Source: Octopus sinensis (taxonomy: Eukaryota). From it: DNA of 64,000 nt. Positions within the stretch are counted from its first letter, which is position 1, and each line of letters opens with the position of its first letter. The notes beneath the pieces were generated by a model, which was not told the DNA's origin, did no database searches, and saw only the letters and a program-made list of their open reading frames with translations. A program made the translations under genes and the position numbers. Below are positions 14,894 through 28,456 of the stretch, piece by piece. The stretch is from positions 65,658,001-65,722,000 of the forward strand of contig NC_043005.1 of the NCBI RefSeq assembly GCF_006345805.1, given 5' to 3'.

Positions 14894-14955
14894 CGACGAC
14901 AAAGACGACGACGACGACGGCGACGACAACGACGACGATGATGATGATGATGATA
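14726..14955 (+). repeat. Compound trinucleotide microsatellite (GAT)n/(GGT)n/(GAC)n
   Basis: Direct reading. Explains the poly-M, poly-S and poly-I ORFs. Confidence 0.95.
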
Positions 14956-15449
14956 ATTTCTGTACGTATTTTCATACGCTCTGCTCGTAGTGTTTGCTTG
15001 AAAAGTCGTTCACTTCAATGTATAACCGTCCGTATGTTTTACGTTGTGAACGTCGTTGACAGTTTTACAATTGATGAGAGTTCGTTTTGCGTTATATTTT
15101 CATTGGGCTTAGTAAAACTATGCTACTCAGCTTTTTTATTATCTGAAAAAGTATTCATGTGTTGCAGGTTATTGTTGTTTTGTTTACTTTTGTACGATGA
15201 TGATGATCAGATCTTAAGGAAGTTTTCTGGTGGGAGCCGTGAATATTCCACGGAGTTAATGGTAAACTTATTGAGTTATATCTGAAAAGTTTTTGTTTTT
15301 TTTAACTGAAAGCGTACCCTCTGTTGTGTTTGTATCAAAAGATAGTCGTTCATTTGCTAATCATTGAAAAGTGAAGGAAATTGGAATACAATGATTACTT
15401 AATGCACTTTATGTATAACTTATGCACAATTTTATAGACTTAATACACA

Positions 15450-15586
15450 GCACTCTCTCTCTCCTTCTCTCTCACTCTTCGCTTTACCCTCTTTATCTCT
15501 CTCTCTCTCTTTTCTTTCGCTCTTTGCCTTTCCCTTCAACTAATCACGTGCAAGCGTTACAGACGGGCTAAGTAACGGAGGTAAAG
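15450..15586 (+). promoter_or_regulatory. Candidate promoter or non-coding first exon of VGAT
   Basis: CT-rich tract, then CACGTG (15545-15550) and a donor-like GAG|GTAAAG at 15580/15581. A strong acceptor lies downstream at 16742. No transcript evidence is available. Confidence 0.22.
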
Positions 15587-16890
15587 GTTTTTAAATAATT
15601 TACACATTTCACTTACCATCATCTCTCCCTCCCCTCCCTTCTCTCTCCTCCCCCTCCACATCTCTCTCGAGGTCGATAAAATAAAGTACCAGTCAAGTAC
15701 AAACATATAAATTCTCCCAAAATTTCTGACACGTGGCTTATGTTAAAAACATATCTTATTGTACTGAGATTGGTGATACTTGCCTTTTATGAAATATTGT
15801 CAGTTTTTAGCGAGCAATGTGTGTAGGCTTGCTTGGATGGTTAAGCACCTCACTTGGCAACTACTTGGTTCCGTTTTCAACACTACTGTGCAGAACATTG
15901 GAAAAGTGTTTCCTACCATAGCTTTGCGTTGTAGACACATTTTCTGTAGAAGTCCATTGGAGGGGCTGTTCCTGCTTTGGGGTGGTTGATGTTATCTGCC
16001 GCACGGTTTAACACCAGTTCGTTTTTTTTTTAAGTCTTGAGTTGCATCTTTTGCTTTTAGGGCCAGGTAACAGTCCGAAGAAAGTTCTCTCATTCCCCAC
16101 ACCAATCTTGGAGATCATGAAAAGAAAGGACCAGAAATATCGAAGTGGTTGTCTCAAGTATCCAGCTAATGGAAACTGTAATGGGATGAAATGGTGTATT
16201 TAACTATGATTAAATTTGCTCCAGGTCAGTTCTGATCAAATAATCTAACAATCAATGCGTTGGAACATACCGCTTTGAATTTAGACATAGTGTACCCAAA
16301 ACCCCATTCTCTGTCGTGCCCTTTCTACTTCATTTCTAAAATAGTAGAATGGGATGTGAGAGAGATCCCGCAGGTTTTTCTAACAGATTTAGCGACCGAG
16401 TAGAAGCCCTTTCATTGGTTCAATAAAAATGACATTTTGTAGCTAATAGTGGTTATATATGAGAGATGCAGTTCCAAGAAGAATTTTGTTTGGTCTTTTT
16501 TCTGTCTCCCTTTATGTGTCGAAATATGATATAAAATTTGTGGTACCGCGATTGCGATTCGTTTCTTGCTTTGGCATAGCTGGTGCTTATTCCGTTAGAT
16601 TTTATTGGTAGCATTTTCTTCTTTTAATTCGCTTTTACTGAGATGTGCTAGACTTAAGCGATAATGCTGTTGTATTAGGTATGCATTTTTATTTACTTTA
16701 ATCTTCTTATCAAAACAATTATACAATTTTTTTCTTTTGCAGTTTTATGACACCAAGTTGCAAAACCGAATGCAAAAGTGGCTTATAATACAGCCGCATG
16801 TGTAGGAGTGAACCAGGGAGATAGAGAAATAGAACCCAAGTGATATATATATAAATATATATATATAAATATATATATATATAATATATA

Positions 16891-16961
<71 letters not shown>

Positions 16962-17107
16962 TATATGTACGTATATGTATATTCATATATGTATGTATAT
17001 GTAGGGGGAGAAAAGGAGAGAAGGTAAGAAATTTTCTTGAACAGGAAAGAGTACTACGAAAATATATATTGACACTTAGGTAAAACAAACTAATCCAAAT
17101 TTATAAA

Positions 17108-17428
17108 ATGACTGCGAAAAGCATATATTATATAGAAAAGTTGAAGTCGCTTATACGACAGAGTTCAACAGATGAAACCGTTCATTTTGTCAAATATTCT
17201 CAGTTTGAGAATGAGAAAGAGCTCACAGAAATATTTGACGATAAAAAAAAATTCGGTAGCATCACAGACGAAAGCAATGGCAGTGCATCGATGTCCGATG
17301 TAAAAGATAGTAAACAAACTTTAGGAAGTCCGCACCAAACTCCTGTTATGGACGCAGTGGATACTAAATTAGAAAGAAACCGAATCACATCCTGGCAGGC
17401 TGGTTGGAATGTGACAAATGCTATTCAG
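17108..17428 (+). CDS. SLC32A1: Vesicular inhibitory amino acid transporter (VGAT/VIAAT), coding exon 1 (107 aa)
   Basis: ATG at 17108 with an in-frame TAA upstream at 17081. Encodes MTAKSIY...ITSWQAGWNVTNAIQ, matching the VGAT TM1 signature (AGWNVTNAIQ). Ends at the donor CAG|GTAAGA, phase 0. Confidence 0.95.
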
Positions 17429-17714
17429 GTAAGAGCATCACACTTTTTCTATTTTCTCTACTTTCTCCAAATATTTTACAATTCCAGAATTTTATGAATC
17501 TTTTGTATTGCATTATAACAGGTGCTTTGTCATTCTTGCAGTTATTTTTCATTCATTAAGACACATGAGAACACAAGCACCACTTCAAACACACACACAT
17601 GCACACACGCACATGCACACACACACACACACACATGCACGCATGCGCGCAAAACACACACACACACACACAGACAAACAAGCAAATACACACAAATATA
17701 TGAGTACATATATC

Positions 17715-17757
<43 letters not shown>

Positions 17758-17824
17758 AGAGAAATATTAGCTGATTCAAACTACGCTCAAAAATAATACT
17801 AAGATTACAACCATAAATTTATAC

Positions 17825-18008
17825 GCGTGTGTGTGTGAGTGTGTGTGTGTGTGTGGTGTGAGTGTGTGTGTGTGTGTGTGTGCGTGTGTGTGTGCATGCG
17901 TGCATGCGTGCGTGCATGCGTGCGTGCGTGCATGCGTGCGTGCATGCGTGCGTGCGTGCATGCGTGCGTGCGTGCATGCGTGCGTGCGTGCATGCGTGCG
18001 TGCGTGCA

Positions 18009-18039
<31 letters not shown>

Positions 18040-18160
18040 ATGCGTGCGTGCGTGCATGCGTGCGTGCGTGCATGCGTGCGTGCGTGCATGCGTGCGTGCA
18101 TGCGTCTGTACATGCGTGCGTGCGTGCGTGAACACGTGTGTGTGTGAGAGAGAGAGAGAA
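17825..18160 (+). repeat. (TG)n / (TGCG)n(TGCA) / (GA)n compound microsatellite
   Basis: Direct reading. Confidence 0.95.
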
Positions 18161-18169
18161 CAACAGCAC

Positions 18170-19110
18170 CTTCAGCGTTGGAGAACTATTGTGCAGATAC
18201 TCTGAGAATACAGCTGTTTCGTGCAACCCAAAGGAAACTGGACTGGCCAACCTAAAGAGAGATTTGGAGGAGAAGCAAGCGTCATACCAATAAAAACCAA
18301 TGCATGGGTGCATATCCCGTAAGCTAGAGGGAAACAGCATCCTTGACAGGACGAGTAGCCTCTCCTAGATATGCGATAGATACGTTATATCCCACCTAGA
18401 GAGATATGCTTTCACCATCCAGGAACAGGAAATAGCAACTAAATATACACCTGATAAACGTGAAGGTCAAAGGTACCACCAAACCACGTTGTGATAAAAA
18501 AAATGTCAGCTCTGCTATACCAGTGTGGAAGGTATCACCCACATCATCAGCATCTGCCCCCAAATGTCTACAACATACTTACCTGCCACTGAGGCATGAT
18601 GTAGTTGCAAATACTATTTACATTGCTATCCGTGGAAAGGACTGCTCTGACGTCAAAGACATTTCAGAACCAGTAAGTATTGAGACCTTTAAATACCTGG
18701 AATATCAGAGGAACAGCCCAATAAAAAATCGATTCGGTGCAAACATAACAGATCTGATATTGCTCTGTGGAATAGAGAACAAAAGTCATACACTTCTGTA
18801 GATGTCAGCTGCCTGGCGGATGTGAATGTACCAACAAAAGTCCAGAAAAAAAGAGAACGTTTATGGCGAATTAATGCAGGACTTATAGATCTTGTACCCT
18901 GACTATGAATTCTCATCATAGATGCATTAGGTTATGTACCGACAAATTTGCACAAGAATCTTGAAAGAGCAAAAGAAACTGACGCAGATTTTCCAAATAC
19001 GCTCTATTAGTAGCACAGTTAAGATTTGTAAGACATTGCAAAAATTATCCATCTGAGATTCTTTTGTGAATAGATGCACACACTTGGGTGTACGCATCGA
19101 CAGTTCAACC
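18170..19110 (+). mobile_element. 3' fragment of a non-LTR retrotransposon with restriction-like endonuclease (R4/NeSL type)
   Basis: CCHC region followed by YLPLRHDVVANTIY, and DVSC..DVNVPTK...YGELMQDL motifs. Degenerate. Confidence 0.75.
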
Positions 19111-21027
19111 AACACACTAACTCAACCACATGTTTACAAACACTGGGAACTCTCTTAACTCAAAATGTCTTCTAATATTTAATTCCATGTTATTCATATT
19201 TTTTTTGTTGACATCAATTCTTATATTTCTTAAATGTAATCTCTAAAAACTTTTAGTTAGTTTCATTTTGGTGTTTTTTCTCCGTCTACTATTCTTTTAT
19301 TTTCTATGTTGTTAATGTTAAATACATGATTTTTTTAAATCATTCTTTTATATTTAACATTCACTTATACCAAAGGCACCTCCTATTTACTTTTTAATAT
19401 CTTACTAAATTTCCGCTCCCTTCTATAGAAAACCGTTTTATTAATCCTATTTTTATTCTTATTGTCTTCCATATCTTCATGCTTCTAAAACTGACTCTCT
19501 GCGTTTTGAAGTGTTATCTTGAGATATAAACATGGAATTCTTTTAACCTGACGAGCAAGCTTATTATCTGTATTAATTTTAAAATTGTAAATATATATTA
19601 ATGCAGGCACGTAGATAATTTATTATTTATTATAAAATATAATAAAATAAATTATTTATACATGTTTATTAAGCTGCGAAACAATTGTTGTTAAATATGA
19701 ATATCCAAGGGTAAAATAAATTTTATCAAAGTGTGTGTCACTATTAATAATTTTATTTCTATATGTATATACTTATATACTTGTAGTTGTGAGTTAGTGT
19801 ATACATGTATACATGTCTGAATGCGTGTATGTGTGTAAAAGCCGAAATTTGGGTCAGTAAGTCTTTGTAAATGTATATATTTGTCATTACCATATATATA
19901 AGTCAACAACAACCAATTACACTCTTCACTGCTATAAAAGTCTTTACAGTCCATTTTCTGAAAATGTTTTCAGTTATTTGCCATCTTGGAAAGAATAGCT
20001 AGCAATGTATTGCCTTCTAAATGTATAAATTTTGCTGTGTATATATTCAAAAACAAACAATAAACCTCAATTCTGAAATTAACTTTAAAGATATGAATTT
20101 GTAATACTTACATCGAGCCAAAACTGTGTCAGTTGGCTTTGAAATATTCGCTGAAACATGTGTAAGGATGGTATAAGTAAATAATTTCAGTGTTGTCTTT
20201 TTTTTTTCTTACGCATTCTCAGCAATCTTTGTAACTATGGAGACCAGAAGCAAGACATTTGGACTTAATAACACGAATTCTCTTCACAGCTTTCTCTTTC
20301 AAAATATAAAGACTCATAGAGCTCTTAAAACTCGTTATATGTCATGCACCTTAACTCATACTATATACATATGCACGTAGGTAGGTAGATACGTACGTAC
20401 GTATGTATGTCATTATTCAGTTTATTTCAAGATTTCTTGCCAATAGAGAAAGAACCGGTTTCTAGCCTAGAACCAAGGTTCCTTCATTGGAATTTCAACA
20501 TCAACAATAGGGTATTTTTGCTTGTTTGCTTGTATGTATGTATGTATGTATGTATGTATTCTCACGCATATATTTACATATCTACACATGTTCATATATA
20601 TTTAAATGATAAATTTCTGGAAAGTTTTACAGATTTTTACAGTTCCAGTGATGGATTGGATCTGTAGTCATCGAATTAGCTTTCTCCTTTCTGGTTTTGA
20701 GAAGCTTAATTTCTCAAGGTTGGTATTTATGCAGTGTGTTGCATATCTCAGGACCTCAACTTGTAATATGTGTGTATGTATGTATGTATGTATGTATGTA
20801 TGTATGTATGTATGTATGTATGTATGTATGTATGCATACATACATTCTACTGTTCTATTCTACTTTTAATTAGTTGAAGTCTTCTGTAAGGAAGTAGCTG
20901 CTTTCCAACAAAGATACAAAGCTCCATCGTTGGAACGTAAATAACAAAAATTTCACATTTTGCCCTTGAGAAAAATCATGTGTTTTACTCTTACACATAC
21001 AGATTGTGTTTGTAATATGTGTGTTGT

Positions 21028-21409
21028 GGAGGCGCAATGGCCCAGTGGTTAGGGCAGCGGACTCGCGGTCATATGATCGCGGTTTCGATTCCCAGACCGG
21101 GCGTTGTGAGTGTTTATTGAGCGAAAACACCTAAAGCTCCACGAGGCTCCGGCAGGGGGTGGTAGTGATCCCTGCTGTACTCTTTCACCACAACTTTCTC
21201 TCACTCTTACTTCCTGTTTCTGTTGTACCTGTATTTCAAAGGGCCGGCCTTGTCACTCTCTGTGTCACGCTGAATATCCCCGAGAACTACGTTAAGGGTA
21301 CACGTGTCTGTGGAGTGCTCAGCCACTTGCACGTTAATTTCACAAGCAAGCTGTTCCGTTGATTCGGATCAACCGGAACCCTCGTCGTCGTAACCGACGG
21401 AGTGCTTCC
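21028..21409 (+). mobile_element. SINE family A, full length
   Basis: Pol III A and B boxes. 11-bp TSD ATATGTGTGTT at 21015-21025 and 21411-21421. Confidence 0.92.
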
Positions 21410-21619
21410 CATATGTGTGTTAGCTGGTTGATTTCTTTTTCTAAAAACTCCTTCTTATGCATTTACTAACAAAACTAAGAGCACCAATTAATGCGAATTT
21501 ATAATTTGTGTATAGAAGTTGAAGTTCGAAGCAGATGTCCGTAGTTACCCTCTTTCTCTTTGATTTTCAGATAGACATTCGCATCAATAGGGCAACTGAC
21601 ATGCATTTTTTTTCCTTAT

Positions 21620-24600
21620 CTGTCCCAAACAACGATATCCAGACTGTTACGAATCTGTTTCCACTTGACAAAAGTTTTTAAGATGTTCAACTGATATCCT
21701 TCGCACTGATGTTTAAGTATGTATTCAGTGACCTTGGGCATAAGATGAATGTTACAACCAGTGATCTTGCTTATCGTTATTAAATCGCAAGCGTTCACTC
21801 ACGGACTTTTGCTTCGGCTAGGAATGTAGCTCTATCAGAGAGGCAAAGAAAAAACATGTGCCTCAAAAACGGTAACCATACTTATCCACCGTCTAAGAAT
21901 GTATGTGCAGGTAACGCAGCCACTGTGTATACCGAAACCACCATGCAGGAGATGCTGACAATAAAGGAACTGCACGACCGATCGAAAAAGCCCCTCCTAC
22001 AAGAATTGAATATCAGTGGCCCCAAAGCACAGCAGTGAGGCAGGAAAATAATATAAAAATGGAAGCAAAGAAGAAATCTGCCATCTCCCGCCGAATCTCA
22101 TAAAAAGCTTTTTCTCGATAAATTTTTGGAAGAGACTATACTGCATCATACCTCGTCCAAATTCAGGCTCTCTTGGAAGTCGAGATCTGAAATCAAACCC
22201 CAGGCAGTTTTACTGGTCCGTTAGCCTTGTGCCCAACAACGTTGTCCGCCGACACGGACCTACTTTTCCAGGTGCCGATCTCCAAATCCTCTGACTTATC
22301 TGAGCTGGTCATAACTCCTGCTACTGTATCGTATTTCATTAGAACAGTGTCGACCATTTCCACTTCAATGTGACCATCACTACGATAGTGACGTCAACTG
22401 CATACACCGACACGGCCCTTCCGAATTGAAGTTCACATAGATTAACGCATTTGTTTGGCTTCTCCCCTCGGCTTTGTCACTTGGAGATATCTCTGAGGAA
22501 GAAAACACTGTCGTTGTTGAGGGAGATATGAGCCTATAACTATTTGTGCCTACGCACAACCGTTTTTCTATGATGGATGGTGAAGGTATTTCTGGGAGGT
22601 TTCCTTTTGGGGTTTGTTTGAAATCAGGGTCTGTTGTTATTTTGGGGATACCTGTTGTTGTTGTTGGATGTGTTGCTGCTGTAACTTTTTTTGTAGTTGC
22701 TGCTGCTCCTGAAGCTGTTGATTCGATTTTTGTGGCTGCAACTGTTGATCGTTCTGCTTTTGCTGCTGCTACTGCCGTTGTGGTCATTTTTGCTGTTATT
22801 CATATTATTAGCGTTGTTGTTCTTCGTGAGCTGTCGGCAGCAGTGCGGGTCTGTTGCCTGATTTTTTTTGTAGTAGAAAGACCCCAGATGACTATTCAGA
22901 CCGCATAGATGGCATCTAGGGCTTTTTTACCGTCAACCACTGCTGATAGCTGCGTACAGTTTGGGAGTATGATACCGAAGATTATCTCGTTGTTTTCAGA
23001 TTATTTTATATGGTCATTTCCATACCAATTCCTGACCACCCGCTCTTCTGGTGAAGCTTTTCTGTGTGTTGGAATGATCTCTTCATCATCGCCTACTATG
23101 TCACCAGCAGCCCCCATATGTCTATTTCTGGCAGAACATCTTTCAATGTCACCTCTGCCAGCCTTCTCTCTATATGGGAAGAAATTAAGAAACATTGTTC
23201 ATATTTTAGAAGGTGAGAGAGTGGGTACGCGTCTCTTCTTTGAAAGTAAATCTTACATCTATTGTTTGAAAACGATTGCCACGAAACGCAAAAGTTTTGT
23301 GATTTTGTATGCTTCTCGAATATTTCTATCTTGTCAATGCGTCAAGTTTACTTGGTGTTGATGTTTCTGCAACTTACGGTGCATTTGTAAACAATAATAC
23401 TTTCTCGACACTAACAAAAATGCGCATTGGCTGTTTTGTTATACAATTTTCCTCGCCCTCATAAAGGATTCCCCGTCTATCGGTTTAACTGAATTGTATT
23501 TAGTGCTATATTTAGCAATGGCTGTTGTGATTATAGTAGTGATAGTGTTGTCAATGTTTGTAATACTGATATCCCTTACTTCAGCGAAAATCATTAGTGT
23601 AGTGGTGAGGGTGGTTATAGCAGAGCGATACACCGCTGTTGCTGTTCATGTTGCTGTTGCTGCTGTTGAGCGAACGGTCTTCGTCCCAGAGCTCGCAAGA
23701 TGGGAGAAGTCCGAAACGTGGTCCTTTGCTATTCGTAAGACCCGCAGAAGAGAAAGCGGGTCAACCCCCGACACCGAGAGCATCGACGGATGGATGAATG
23801 CGCATCCAGGCTCAGCGGTTGCGTAGGAAGCCGGGGACAAGAAACAGGATGAATGAGTGAGAGAAAGTTGGGGCGAGAGAGTATAACAGGGGTCGCCACC
23901 ACCCCCTGCCGGAGCCTCGTGGAGCTTTAGGTGTTTTCGCTCAATAAACACATACAACGCCCGGTCTGGGAATCGAAACCGCAATCCTCCGACAGCGAGT
24001 CCGCTGCCCTAACCACTGGGCCATTGAGCCTCCACTTGCTGTTCATGTTGATTGTGCAGCTGATGAAGCAGAACGTGTCTCAGAGATTGGACCTGATGTT
24101 GTTGTCGTTGCTTCTTTTGCTCTTTACAATTTACCTTTCTTTTTACCTTCTCGGGGCAAATGACCTCCAGATGTCCCTTGCTTCTACAGGTTAACAACTA
24201 AACCTTTTACAGCGACTCTCAAAGGTTCTGCTCTTGCAATAAGGCATTGCTCCAGAATGGCCCTATTGCTTTCGAGGTCATTAGTTCCTGCAAATTCATT
24301 CTAACCCCTTTTAATTACACATCGTCCTTTGTCACACACTGATCACCTTCTAGTCCTGTGATACTCAACAAACCAGAAGTCACAAACGTTGCCGGTACCC
24401 TTGACTGACACCACCCCGCCTGTATCTCTTTGGCCTAAATATTGAAGCATACCTGTAGGTGTGGATATGTGCCTTAACCCCTTTAGCCTATATTTGGGCT
24501 GTGCGTTCAATATCAAAATTATGCAAACGGATTCATACATTCTTCCCTTCTCCAGAGAGACGATTTCCACCACACATCATATAACAAAGCTTCTGCTGTT
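21620..24600 (-). mobile_element. Degenerate LINE with gag-like ORF1 (CCHC knuckle)
   Basis: LRVAVKG followed by a frameshifted C-x2-CRSKGHLEVIC knuckle near 24150-24230, then a long Thr/Ala-rich region. Boundaries are approximate and no RT was recognised. Confidence 0.45.
23654..24033 (-). mobile_element. SINE family A variant with an alternative 3' tail
   Basis: Shares the A head and first body half. The 3' ~175 nt are different. 15-bp TSD TTGCTGTTCATGTTG at 23639-23653 and 24036-24050. Confidence 0.85.
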
Positions 24601-24895
24601 CTTATAAGGATTTGGTGATGACTGAAATCCTTCTTCATTTTTTTTTTCTTTTTGAAGACAGTTATAAATATTTTTATTCTTTATTTGATTCTATATATAG
24701 TGGCCAGCAGAGAGAAGCCGTTTCGTGAAACATGTCTAGCTCTTACTGCTTCTTTCCTTGGAGAAAGAGTTTCATATTTGGACATCGGGAATTGTTCAAA
24801 ATAGCAGCAAAACTGTTGTTGTATTGTATAAGAGCGGAAATATTTTTCGTTTGATAAAGAACGTGTGTGTGTGACGGTGCTGCTGCTGCTGCTGC

Positions 24896-24944
<49 letters not shown>

Positions 24945-25311
24945 GATGATGATGATGATGATGACAGCATTTTCACTCAGGTATTCAAAGTGGTTGTTAA
25001 AATATGAATGTTTTCTTTTTTATTCATGTTCAACATTAATATTTATTCATGTTCAACATTGCACAATTAAATTGCAATTCTCTTTTATTTATTTGTTGTT
25101 TGTGAAGTGAGTTATTCATATCTGGTTTTCTTTTGAGAGGGTGCGGCCCAAAGGTTTTGAAACCAATTTCTTTGTATGCAGGCAACGTAAAGAATTTTTT
25201 TTCTTTTTGTCGTCTGTATACGGATAGACTTTCCGAGCAGTTTTTATAAAAAAAACTATTCCATCTTTTAAAAATCCTTTACTTCGAAGAGTGACTTGAA
25301 AATTCAGCAGC

Positions 25312-25362
<51 letters not shown>

Positions 25363-25372
25363 CAACAATAAT

Positions 25373-26293
25373 CACAGATTTGCTTGTCAGTTGTTTGACC
25401 TTAACCAGTTGAGCATGTCCCTTAGTGGCTGACGATATGTGCATCTCTGATCATGAGCAGAAGCAGTAGGGGAGCATCATAGCCGTGTGTTGAAAGGAAC
25501 TCTAAGAGATTTGGATAATTCACCTTTGGAAACATGAGTGGTTTGTTCAACATCCTTAAACAATCCTTATTCACGCACCTTTTGAGCGGGATGGGCTACT
25601 CGACCTGAAAAAAAATTCTAACGGGGTTCGTTCCAACTGCAAGGTCATGTGCTATGCATCTTGATATGAGATCACCATGTCACGCATATATGGTTGTGAT
25701 GCATATGCCTGGTGCACTCTTATCAGACGGGTAGTCATGATGGGTGTAATGGGCTTCGTATATTTGTACCCCAGTGTCACTTTGATGACATACGCTGCCC
25801 GCTCACTCAATAATAATAATAAATAATAATAATAATAATATAATAACAACAACAATAATCACAGATTTGCTTGTCAGTTGTTTGACCTTAACCAGTTGAG
25901 CATGTCCCTTAGTGGCTGACGATATGTGCATCTCTGATCATGAGCAGAAGCAGTAGGGGAGCATCATAGCCGTGTGTTGAAAGGAACTCTAAGAGATTTG
26001 GATAATTCACCTTTGAAACATGAGTGGTTTGTTCAACATCCTTAACAATCCTTATTCACGCACCTTTTGAGCGGGATGGGCTACTCGACCTGAAAAAAAA
26101 TTCTAACGGGGTTCGTTCCAACTGCAAGGTCATGTGCTATGCATCTTGATATGAGATCACCATGTCACGCATATATGGTTGTGATGCATATGCCTGGTGC
26201 ACTCTTATCAGACGGGTAGTCATGATGGGTGTAATGGGCTTCGTATATTTGTACCCCAGTGTCACTTTGATGACATACGCTGCCCGCTCACTC
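25373..26293 (+). mobile_element. Family D element, two tandem 5'-truncated copies (25373-25808, 25860-26293)
   Basis: Near-identical units with a 487-bp period, each ending ...CACTC(AAT)n. Confidence 0.85.
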
Positions 26294-26318
26294 AATAATA
26301 ATAATAATAATAATAATA

Positions 26319-26371
<53 letters not shown>

Positions 26372-26375
26372 AATG

Positions 26376-26435
<60 letters not shown>

Positions 26436-26447
26436 GCAACAACAACA

Positions 26448-27550
26448 ACTAAAGACTGGATGTTAAAACTCGTTGAAAATCTCGTGAGGCGTAAAAAGCT
26501 TTATTCTGTCTTGAAGGAGAGCAAAATTTTTGCTATTAATTTCATGCGGCAACTGCTATTGCAAAGAAGATAAAATTAATGACAAAGAAGAAATCGCATG
26601 AATATTTGGCTAGCAGGATGGGAGCAGAAATCTCTGCATGGCAAAAATGTGGCCCGTAGCAAACAAACTGATGTTGATCAGAAGCATTCCCATGAGTTGC
26701 TACGGAGCTCAGGATTAAAAGCAGAGAGCGAAGATTTCATTTAAGTTGTTCAAGACTAAAGTTTATTGACCCGGAACTACTAGGTCATTGTGATGAAAAT
26801 GGAGTAGATTAAAAGTCACGATTCTGTAATGATGAGATTGAAATGGTGGACCACCTTATCTCTGGATGTAAAGTTTTAACACCAGAAGAGTATACATCAA
26901 GACATCACAGAGATGGCCAATATCTACATTTGTTAAGTTAATATGTCGGCATTATAAAGACAAAATGGTATTATAAAGTATAAACACCACTCTGGGGTTG
27001 TAACTGAGGGAGAAAATGCTGCAATTCTTTGAGACTCTCCAGTACATACAATGAGAACCATCACAGCTAATATATTGGATATTGTTGTGAAAGAAAAATA
27101 ATAAAGTCTGTTTATTGATCGACATAAGTATTCTTTGCAATCAATAAAATCTCGCAAAAAGAATTTGACAAGTTCAGACAATATAAAGACTTGCTCATTG
27201 AAATCGAAAAACTGCGGTATCTCGAGGCGGTTACAATACCAGTAATTGTAGGAGCACTTGGAATGATCAAAAAAAAGAATTAAAAATTATTTGAGAATGA
27301 TCCCTTGTTTACCATCCTGGTAAGAAGTGCAAAAGATTATTTTAACTGGTAGGTCACACGTACTGAAAAGAGTGTTGTCGTTGTGAGAACGAGTGCAACC
27401 CGTGTAAATATTTTCTATTCATAACTTCATTTGATTTTGTAAATAAACAATCTGGTGTGCTTATTCTAATGGCCTACACAGTCTGTTTCTTTACCCTAGG
27501 TGTCGGGATGACACTCGTCAAGAAATAGATACAAAATTGAAAGAAACAAA
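26448..27550 (+). mobile_element. R4/Dong-like non-LTR retrotransposon, 3' fragment
   Basis: Degenerate ELLRSSGLKAESE, DHLISGC, VTEGENAAIL, KEFDKFRQYKDLLIEIEK and VTIPVIVGALGMIKK motifs of the RLE domain. Bounded by trinucleotide repeats. Confidence 0.8.
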
Positions 27551-27616
27551 TTATCATCATCATCATCATCCTCATCATCATCATCATCATCATCATTATT
27601 ATTATTATTATTATCA

Positions 27617-27696
<80 letters not shown>

Positions 27697-28236
27697 GAGT
27701 GAGCGGGCAGCGTATGTCATCAAAGTGACAATGGGGTACAAATATACGAAGCCCATTACACCCATCATGACTACCCGTCTGATAAGAGTGCACCAGGCAT
27801 ATGCATCACAACCATATATGCGTGACATGGTGATCTCATATCAAGATGCATAGCACATGACCTTGCAGTTGGAACGAATCCCTGTTAGAATTTTTTTTCA
27901 GGTCGAGTAGCCCAACCATCCAAAAGGTCCTTGAATAAGGATTGTCTAAGGATGATGAACGAAACACCCATGTTTCCAGGGGTAAATTATTCAAACCTCA
28001 AACAATTCCTCTCCACACATGTTTATGGTGCCCTCTCAATACTGCTCATGACCAGAGACGCACATATAGCCAGCCACTCAGAGACATGCTCAACTGGTTA
28101 AAGTCAAGCAACTGACAAGTAAATCTGTGATATCGACCAGAACATTTGTCGTAGCTCGTATTTTTATACCAAGACAAAACATGCACCTAACATTTCCAAT
28201 CAGTTGAGATCAAAAGCCATGAGAGTTACTACCTGC

Positions 28237-28267
<31 letters not shown>

Positions 28268-28285
28268 TATTATTATATTATTATT

Positions 28286-28332
<47 letters not shown>

Positions 28333-28401
28333 AATAATCATCATTATTATTATTATTATATATTATTATTATTATCATCATTATTATTATTATTATTATT
28401 A

Positions 28402-28456
<55 letters not shown>

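Noticed and set aside
14651-15285. Poly-M/S/I ORFs, and similar poly-E/L/N/T ORFs at 24.7-29, 41.6-46 and 50.3 kb
   Set aside because: Trinucleotide microsatellites with no domain content.
17091-17096. TAATCC (UNC-30/Pitx-type site, a regulator of nematode unc-47) just upstream of the ATG
   Set aside because: A single AT-rich hexamer is expected many times by chance, and it probably lies within the 5' UTR.
18661-18678. CAG-AACCA-GTAAGT possible 5-nt microexon
   Set aside because: It has no polypyrimidine tract and lies inside LINE coding sequence.
21028-21100. tRNA-like sequence with A and B boxes
   Set aside because: It is a SINE head with no acceptor stem and continues into the SINE body. 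No true tRNA gene was seen in the window.
21110-21362. Recurrent ORFs MFIERKHLKLHEAP... and MVVIPAVLFHH... at five loci
   Set aside because: Chance frames of SINE family A, repeated because the SINE is repeated.
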